A stretch of 52,068 nt of DNA from an uncultured Clostridia bacterium (GTDB lineage: Bacteria; Bacillota; Clostridia; Christensenellales; UBA1242), in contig CANQHL010000002.1 in NCBI GenBank assembly GCA_947623775.1, positions 1 to 52,068 on the forward strand. The letters run 5' to 3'. A program made the position numbers and the translations under genes. Below are positions 46,269 through 51,999 of the stretch, in pieces; positions within the stretch are counted from its first letter, which is position 1, and each line of letters starts with the position of its first letter. Below the pieces are notes generated by a model. It did no database searches. It was given only the letters and a program-made list of their open reading frames with translations, and was not told where the DNA came from.

Positions 46269-46808
46269 TTATTCCAAATCAAGATATAAGTCACCCTCAT
46301 TGTTTTTCTTTTCTTCATTTTCGCCATTAATTTGTTTGATTGGATAAATCTTTCCGTTTTTTATTTGTTTTGGAGAAATGGGAATGAATTCTCTTGTCCA
46401 CCAAAACCAAGAAGATACAATAATCCTATTTCTGATAGAATTTGTATCAAGGTCTATATTATTATTTAAATAAATTGTATCAGAAGTTTCATCTTTGCAG
46501 TAGGCTTTAAGGGCTTTTAAAGTAAGATTTCTTGCATCGGAAATAGAGAGTTCGTTTAATTTTTTAATTTCCGCCGCTGCGTCTTCCTGGCTCATCTCAT
46601 CGCCTATTAAATATTCGGCTTCATTTTCCCAATCTTTATCATCTTTTAAGTTTTTATAGTAGCAATAAATGTGGTGTGTAGTCTTTGGCACACCTTCTAA
46701 ACCATATATATCATTACTATCGGAATAAACAAATTTCTTTTTGCCATCTACAGTCGTGCCGTCCCAATAGAAAATCTCAAATCTATAAACTTTGTCTTTT
46801 AAAACCAT
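46269..46808 (-). CDS. Family-A paralog A6 (179 aa), tail ...EGDLYLDLE
   Basis: AGGAG RBS. VYRFEIFYW, YSDSNDIYGLEGVPKTT, ISPKQIKNGKIYP. Confidence 0.8.
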   Translation of the reverse strand: MVLKDKVYRFEIFYWDGTTVDGKKKFVYSDSNDIYGLEGVPKTTHHIYCYYKNLKDDKDWENEAEYLIGDEMSQEDAAAEIKKLNELSISDARNLTLKALKAYCKDETSDTIYLNNNIDLDTNSIRNRIIVSSWFWWTREFIPISPKQIKNGKIYPIKQINGENEEKKNNEGDLYLDLE

Positions 46809-46822
46809 TTTTGCTCCTATTT

Positions 46823-47389
46823 TTATTCCAAATCGAGATATAAGTCGCCCACATCAATTTTCTTTACTTCTTTTTTAGCGTTAATCTGCTCAGTTGAATA
46901 AATCTTGCCGTTTACAATCTGTGATGTAGAAATTATTTTGCGATCAGATGCTGGTGAAATTATTTTTATTCTCTCACGAATGGAATCACCATTGGTCAAT
47001 TTAATATTTTTATTTAAATAAATTTTATCTCTATTCTCTTCTTTTGTGTTATCCTGCACGCTGTTAAGAAATTTTTGAAGTCCATCTAAAGCATCTGTTT
47101 TGTAGCTCTCCCCGTAGAATTCCACGTAAAAATCTTTTAGTTTTTTTATTTCATTTTTTGCTTCTTCGGCTGTTATTCTATCTCCTATATCATATTGACC
47201 AACGACTTTCCAGTGTTCATACTCTTGATTAAGGTCGCAACAGCGAACATGAATGGTACAGGTAGTCTGTGGCAAATCTTGCAAAGAGTATATGTTGTCC
47301 TCGTCCGAAAACATACGCAGGCAATCCATTTTTCCTTTTTCGTCAAAATACCAAATTTCAAACATATATCCTTCGTCTTTAATTAACAT
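46823..47389 (-). CDS. Family-A paralog A5 (188 aa), tail ...VGDLYLDLE
   Basis: AGGAGA RBS. GYMFEIWYF, FSDEDNIYSLQDLPQTT, STSQIVNGKIY. Confidence 0.8.
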   Translation of the reverse strand: MLIKDEGYMFEIWYFDEKGKMDCLRMFSDEDNIYSLQDLPQTTCTIHVRCCDLNQEYEHWKVVGQYDIGDRITAEEAKNEIKKLKDFYVEFYGESYKTDALDGLQKFLNSVQDNTKEENRDKIYLNKNIKLTNGDSIRERIKIISPASDRKIISTSQIVNGKIYSTEQINAKKEVKKIDVGDLYLDLE

Positions 47390-47401
47390 TTTGTCTCCTT
47401 T

Positions 47402-47965
47402 TTATTCCAAATCAATGTATGCTCTATCGTCTTCAACGTCTCCTCTTTTTATTTGCCCAATTGGATAAATTTTGCCATTTACAAGTTGTGATGGAGATAT
47501 AATTTTGTTGTTCGAAGATGGCGGAACGACTCTTACTCTCGCCTTAATGGCAGCACTGCAGTCCAAATCAATATTTTTGTTTAAATAAATTTTATCTGCA
47601 CCAATATCTCTTGTATTATTTTTCTCACCTTTGCAAAATGCTTTAAGGCTATCAAGGATTGCTTCCTTATTGATTCTTGCACCAATATCGTCCTCGTCAA
47701 CACAAAATTCTTCTATTGCCTTTGTTTCTTTTTCCGCTTCTTCAAGCGTAATTTTATCCCCTATATCATATTCACCAGCAACACTCCAGTAAACCTGATG
47801 TTCTTTAAGATTGAGATAGTACAAACCGATATAAAAGGTTGTCTGTGGCACATCTTCCAATGCAAATATTTCTGCTTTGTCCAAGTACATCGTTTTTTTT
47901 GCTTTGTTTTTTGTCTTGTCTATATACCAAACCTCAAATTTATATACTTCGTCTTTGATCAGCAT
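47402..47965 (-). CDS. Family-A paralog A4 (187 aa), tail ...DDRAYIDLE
   Basis: AAGGAGA RBS. VYKFEVWYI, IFALEDVPQTT, ISPSQLVNGKIYP. Confidence 0.8.
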   Translation of the reverse strand: MLIKDEVYKFEVWYIDKTKNKAKKTMYLDKAEIFALEDVPQTTFYIGLYYLNLKEHQVYWSVAGEYDIGDKITLEEAEKETKAIEEFCVDEDDIGARINKEAILDSLKAFCKGEKNNTRDIGADKIYLNKNIDLDCSAAIKARVRVVPPSSNNKIISPSQLVNGKIYPIGQIKRGDVEDDRAYIDLE

Positions 47966-47983
47966 TCTTTCTCCTTATTTTTG

Positions 47984-48553
47984 TTATTCTAAATCAAGAT
48001 ATAAGTCACCCGCATCAATTTTCTTTACTTCATTTTTTGAATTAATGTGCTCAGTTGGCACAATCCTGCCGTTTACAATTTGTGATGGTGAAATGGTTTT
48101 GAAGTCGCTATCTGACGGAATAATTGATATTCTCGCATTAATGGCAGCCACACAATCCAAGTCAATATTTTTGTTTATAAAAATATTTTCTACATCCGCA
48201 TCTCTTGTGTTATTTTTTTCATTTCTGCAAAAGGCTTTAAGGCTATATAAGGCTCTTATCTTGTAACTATATTCCGTTTCGCCCTCATCAACTTCAAGTT
48301 TTTCTAAAGCCTCCAATTCCTTTTTTGCTTCATCAAGTGTGATTTTATCCCCTATTCTATAATAACCTATCGTATGCCAGAGTGTCGGATTTTCCTTTAT
48401 ATCCTTATGGTTTGCCAAAATACAATAGGCAGTTTGTGGAACACTTTCTAGCGTGTTTATATCATTACTGTCCGAATATAAAATCATTTTTTCTGCTTTT
48501 TCATGGTTAATATACCAAATCTCAAATTCATAGAGATCGTCTTTAATTAACAT
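47984..48553 (-). CDS. Family-A paralog A3 (189 aa), tail ...AGDLYLDLE
   Basis: AAGGAGGG RBS. LYEFEIWYI, YSDSNDINTLESVPQTA, ISPSQIVNGRIVP. Confidence 0.8.
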   Translation of the reverse strand: MLIKDDLYEFEIWYINHEKAEKMILYSDSNDINTLESVPQTAYCILANHKDIKENPTLWHTIGYYRIGDKITLDEAKKELEALEKLEVDEGETEYSYKIRALYSLKAFCRNEKNNTRDADVENIFINKNIDLDCVAAINARISIIPSDSDFKTISPSQIVNGRIVPTEHINSKNEVKKIDAGDLYLDLE

Positions 48554-48565
48554 TTTCCCTCCTTT

Positions 48566-49114
48566 TTATTCCAAGTCAAGGTACGGTCTATCGTCCTCAA
48601 TTTCTCCACTTTCTATTTTCTCAATTGGATAAATTTTTCCATTTACAAGTTGTTTTGGAGATATATATTGAAAATACATTCTTATACTTACATGCGGACT
48701 TACAGGAAATCTTCCTGAAATGGAATCTTTATACTCAATGTTTCTATTTATTAAAATTTCTTCAGTAGATTTCTTTTTGCAATATGATTTAAGAGCAGCA
48801 ATTGTTTTTTCCTTGTCTTTGCGAAATTTCTCCGGCACGTCAAGTTTGCTTAAAATTTCTAATTCCTCTCTTGCTTCCTGTTTTGTAAGTTTTTCAGCCA
48901 CTATATAGTCACCTTGTGCGCCTCTCCATGTTTGACCATCAGATTCCAGGACATAGCCCCAAATTTTGGTCACCTTCTGCGGAATACCGTCAAGTGCATA
49001 TATATCATTGTTGTCCGAATAGATAATTTTGCTTTTTTTGTTTTCCTCATTAGGACCGGCATCGCAATCAATGTATTCAATTTCAAATTTGTAAATCTTG
49101 TCTTTAAAAACCAT
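48566..49114 (-). CDS. Family-A paralog A2 (182 aa), tail ...DDRPYLDLE
   Basis: GAGGAG RBS. IYKFEIEYI, YSDNNDIYALDGIPQKV, ISPKQLVNGKIYP. Confidence 0.8.
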   Translation of the reverse strand: MVFKDKIYKFEIEYIDCDAGPNEENKKSKIIYSDNNDIYALDGIPQKVTKIWGYVLESDGQTWRGAQGDYIVAEKLTKQEAREELEILSKLDVPEKFRKDKEKTIAALKSYCKKKSTEEILINRNIEYKDSISGRFPVSPHVSIRMYFQYISPKQLVNGKIYPIEKIESGEIEDDRPYLDLE

Positions 49115-49134
49115 TTTTGCTCCTCGAAAATTTT

Positions 49135-49662
49135 TTATTCTAATTCGATATAAGAATTGTCGCCATTTAGTTTACTGCTGTTTATTTGTTCAAGTGAGTG
49201 AATTTTCCCATTTACAATTTGCTTTGGAGATATATAAATGCAGGTTTTTGACCACCAGGAAGATATTATTATTCTATCCATAATAGATTCTTCATTAAGG
49301 GGCACATTTTTATTTATATAAATTTTTGGAGTTTGCTTTTTATTGCAAAATGATTGAAGAGCGGCTAAAGTTTTCTCTTTGACATCGCTAAATCCCGACG
49401 TAATTTCGATTTTGCTTATTTTTTCAATCTCCTCTTTGGCTTCTTCGGTTGTAATCTCCTCACCAATCAAATAGAAATCTTCCAATTTCCAATTAGTGAT
49501 TTCATTAAGGTTTCTATAAAAGCACTTGATTATAACGCATGATTTAGGCACATCTTCTAAGGCATAAATATCGTTGCTATCCGAATACATTTTCTTTTCG
49601 GGTTTTGCCATTTCTGTATTTGAATAAAGTTCAAATTTGTAGATTTTGTCTTTAATTATCAT
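49135..49662 (-). CDS. Family-A paralog A1 (175 aa), tail ...GDNSYIELE
   Basis: First ATG (49662) lies 21 nt downstream of a consensus -10. The ORF-track GTG at 49695 overlaps the promoter. IYKFELY, YSDSNDIYALEDVPKSC, ISPKQIVNGKIH. Confidence 0.8.
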   Translation of the reverse strand: MIIKDKIYKFELYSNTEMAKPEKKMYSDSNDIYALEDVPKSCVIIKCFYRNLNEITNWKLEDFYLIGEEITTEEAKEEIEKISKIEITSGFSDVKEKTLAALQSFCNKKQTPKIYINKNVPLNEESIMDRIIISSWWSKTCIYISPKQIVNGKIHSLEQINSSKLNGDNSYIELE

Positions 49663-49683
49663 AATATCCCCAAATATATAATT

Positions 49684-49712
49684 ATTATATATCACAAATT
49701 ATATTTTGTCAA
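49684..49712 (-). promoter_or_regulatory. Promoter of the family-A array (A1 through M2, 11 genes)
   Basis: Minus-strand TTGACA (49712-49707), 17 nt, TATAAT (49689-49684). Confidence 0.7.
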
Positions 49713-49725
49713 GGCAGGACATTCT

Positions 49726-50320
49726 CGGCAAACCAGATGTTTGACGTTTAGCGAGTTATGTGATAATTATTGTTTTTATTTTCCCTCTCTTTTAAGTTTC
49801 ACCAAACCAGATGTTTGACGTTTAGCGAATGAGGTGATATTTAAAAAAATTAAATTTCATTGTCTTTCCAGCAGATTTTCTAACCAAATGTTTGACGGCA
49901 AACTTAGTTTGCATCATTAGCGAATTAAATCATATTAAAAAAATCAAATTTCATTATCGCTCAAATATCGTTAAACGAAGTAAAAAAAGGTGCATAATGC
50001 ACCCAAACCAAATGTTTGACGGCAAACCAGATGTTTGACGTCTAGCGAATGAAATGATATTTAAAAATTTAAATTTCATTGTCTTTCAAGCAAATGTTCT
50101 AACCAGATGTTTGAAGGCAAACTTAGTTTGCATCATTAGCGAATTAAATCATATTAAAAAAATTTAAATTTCATTATCGCTCAAACACCATTAAACGAAG
50201 TAAAAAAAAAGGTGCATAATGCACCCAAACCAAATGTTTGACGGCAAACCAGATGTTTGGCGTTTGGCGAATGATGTGATAATTAATGTTTTTATTTCCC
50301 CTCTCTTTTAAGTTTCAATA
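49726..50320. repeat. Array of structured intergenic repeats (about 220-bp super-unit x2 plus flanking partial units)
   Basis: Eight copies of AAACC(A/G)(A/G)ATGTTTG(A/G)(C/A)(G) (49736, 49811, 49888, 50012, 50031, 50107, 50234, 50253). Hairpin GCAAAC-TTA-GTTTGC (49898-49912, 50117-50131). CATCATTAGCGAAT. AT-rich AAATTTCATT(G/A)TC segment. Hairpin GGTGCA-TAA-TGCACC preceded by A7-9 (49989-50003, 50211-50225), which reads as hairpin + T-run on the minus strand. Confidence 0.85.
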
Positions 50321-50393
50321 GATGTGATATTAAAAAATAAACACTCGCTTTTCGATAGTGGCAAACAAAAATAAAGAGGGTTATAACACCCCC

Positions 50394-51251
50394 TTATTCT
50401 AAATCTAAATATAAATCTCCCTCCGCTTTTTGTCCAACCTTTCCGGTGGCTATATATTCACTTAATGTCTTGGATAACGGACGTTCGGCAAGTTTGGTCA
50501 AAATTTCAATTCCTATTTGTTTGTTTTTATCTTTTTTTCCGAAGAAAACCATATTTTTCCCAAGTGCAAACTCTGTTTGTGATGTAGGATTTGACTTGTA
50601 AAGTCTTGCAAGTTCTTTTTGTGTTTGAACTACTTCGCGTTTGAACTCTCTCCTGTCCCTCTCTACAAAATTGGACGCATGAATCGGAATCCCTTCGAGC
50701 AATTCAAGATATTTCTCCATCGCATAAGGGTTGTTCATCTGTTTTGCTTGTTCGTGACATGCGATTATTGCCTCAATCTGGTACTTAACAATCTGGTTAT
50801 TCCTTATCTTTTCAAACGTCTTTTCACTTCGTGTCTGAATTTCATCCAAGTCCTCCGTAAGGCTATTAAATCTTGCCTCCTCAGTATAATGCAACTTGGA
50901 AATTTTTAAACTTATAGCGTCAATTTCATCCAAATCATCATTATATTGTTTAACTAAATCTCTAAGTTCTTTTCCGCAAGGATCGGTTGCATAAAGTTTA
51001 TAGGCATTAGCGAGAATATGGTTGAAATTTCTGCTATATGCTTTTTCATCTGTTTTCATATCAATTCTAGCATTTGTTGGTTTTCCCGCCCTGCCCGTAA
51101 GCGTATAATATGCAGTAATGGCATTGACCTGTCCAAGTTCAGCCAATTTTTCCATCTCTTTCTCAACCTGAGTAGCATCTTTGGATATAAATTGTCTTGA
51201 CCACAGCGTAATAAAATCATCATCCAATTCGTTAAAGTTATTTTCTAACAT
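50394..51251 (-). CDS. Singleton helical protein H (285 aa), tail ...AEGDLYLDLE
   Basis: AGGAGA RBS, own consensus promoter. No signal peptide or TM. No similarity by eye to the A, B or M families, yet it carries the identical GDLYLDLE C-terminus. Confidence 0.8.
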   Translation of the reverse strand: MLENNFNELDDDFITLWSRQFISKDATQVEKEMEKLAELGQVNAITAYYTLTGRAGKPTNARIDMKTDEKAYSRNFNHILANAYKLYATDPCGKELRDLVKQYNDDLDEIDAISLKISKLHYTEEARFNSLTEDLDEIQTRSEKTFEKIRNNQIVKYQIEAIIACHEQAKQMNNPYAMEKYLELLEGIPIHASNFVERDRREFKREVVQTQKELARLYKSNPTSQTEFALGKNMVFFGKKDKNKQIGIEILTKLAERPLSKTLSEYIATGKVGQKAEGDLYLDLE

Positions 51252-51268
51252 TTCTTTCTCCTGTCTAT

Positions 51269-51297
51269 ATTATACCCCGCCAACGAATAAATGTCAA
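51269..51297 (-). promoter_or_regulatory. Promoter of 50394-51251
   Basis: Minus-strand TTGACA (51297-51292), 17 nt, TATAAT (51274-51269). ATG lies 17 nt downstream. Confidence 0.7.
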
Positions 51298-51379
51298 GTC
51301 ACACCTCACTTCAACAAATTTATTCTTTTTTCTTTAACATTCCTCAATCTATTTCCTTTTTTTCCAAAAAAATATTCAA

Positions 51380-51960
51380 CAAAGTTCCCTTGCCCACCGA
51401 TTTTACGGGGCATTTTTCCCGGGAAGATAGTAAATGCTCAGCATTTTGCTTGAGTAATCAAGCAAACACTGCGAAATACAACAAAAAACTAGGCTCTTGC
51501 GGGAAACTTAGTTTCCATCACTAACGAATGAAATCGTATTTAAAAAATCAATTTTCACTCTCTTTTCCAATACCATTAAACGAAGTAATAAAAAAGGGGT
51601 ATAATACCCCCGGGAAGATAGTAAATGCTTAGCATTTTGCTTGAATAATCAAGCAAACACTGCGGAATACAACAAAAAACTAGGCTCTTGCGGGAAACTT
51701 AGTTTCCATCACTAACGAATGGAATCATATTTAAAAAATCAATTTTCGCTCTCTTTTAATTTGCATAAAAGGGTTGCATAATGCACCCCAGCAGTGTTCA
51801 TTAGAAAAAGTTTTAACTTTTTCGCATGCCCCGTATTCAATAAAATTATCCCTTTCCTGTTAATATTTATGGGGCATTTTTCCCGGCCGGGAAGATGTTG
51901 CCGAAGGCAACGGCAAGCAGATTGCTTGCCAAGAACACTGCTGAATTAATTAAATACAAA
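51380..51960. repeat. Repeat units related to the 49.7-kb family, each carrying a 5S-rRNA-3'-end-like module
   Basis: Two ~190-bp tandem units (about 51400-51610 and 51600-51790) read GGGGCATTTTTCCCGGGAAGATAG + hairpin AAATGC-t(c/t)a-GCATTT + hairpin GCTTGA-(g/a)taa-TCAAGC + AACACTGCG ... GGAAAC-TTA-GTTTCC (51502-51516, 51693-51707) CATCACTAACGAATG ... GGGGTA-TAA-TACCCC (51596-51610). A third variant lies at 51871-51953. Confidence 0.8.
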
Positions 51961-51961
51961 C

Positions 51962-51990
51962 AAAAAAAAGCAACCTCGTGCGGTTGCTTT
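51962..51990 (-). terminator. Intrinsic terminator of the rRNA operon (after 5S)
   Basis: Minus-strand AGCAACC-gcacga-GGTTGCT followed by T8. Confidence 0.8.
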
Positions 51991-51999
51991 CCTTATATT

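Noticed and set aside
39363-49662. The conserved C-terminal tail as a mere by-product of conserved gene-junction DNA (RBS of the next gene, unequal crossover units)
   Set aside because: - The tail also ends genes whose downstream DNA is unrelated: H before the repeat block, and B3 before a 138-bp promoter spacer with a TGA stop.
- The tails differ by synonymous codons.
- Junction conservation may contribute within the A array, but it cannot explain the cross-family pattern.
49883-50010. Small ORFs inside the repeat units (e.g. minus-strand MMQTKFAVKHLVWVHYAPFFTSFNDI; plus-strand METKSPVQHLVGC... at 484 and MMETKSPGKH... at 664)
   Set aside because: - ORF length is not conserved between copies. 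The 51.5-kb units give only METKFPARA before a stop.
- No RBS precedes the ATG.
- The substitutions that preserve hairpin pairing (GAGAC/GTCTC versus CAAAC/GTTTG) cause non-conservative amino-acid changes (S to F, P to A).
- Selection therefore appears to act on nucleic-acid structure, not on a peptide.
49736-50275. TTGACG within the repeat core acting as the -35 box of plus-strand promoters (TTGACG-N17-TATTTA/TAATTA)
   Set aside because: - The putative -10 boxes lack the invariant final T and match only 3-4 of 6 positions.
- They would fire antisense into the 3' end of gene H.
- Genuine promoters in this window are near-perfect consensus, so these look coincidental.
49713-50393. Possible CRISPR array, because of regularly recurring ~19-nt cores
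   Set aside because: The repeat period is irregular (19, 75-77, 124-127 nt). The 'spacers' are themselves repeated as part of a ~220-bp super-unit. The repeats are AT-rich with internal hairpins unlike CRISPR repeats. No cas genes are present in the window.
39363-51251. Type VII secretion (ESX/Ess) locus, because the tail fits YxxxD/E
   Set aside because: No EssC/FtsK-SpoIIIE ATPase, WXG100 or LXG proteins, EsaA or EssB are in the window. The A, B and H proteins lack WxG motifs. The resemblance is kept only as one hypothesis for the tail, not as an annotation.
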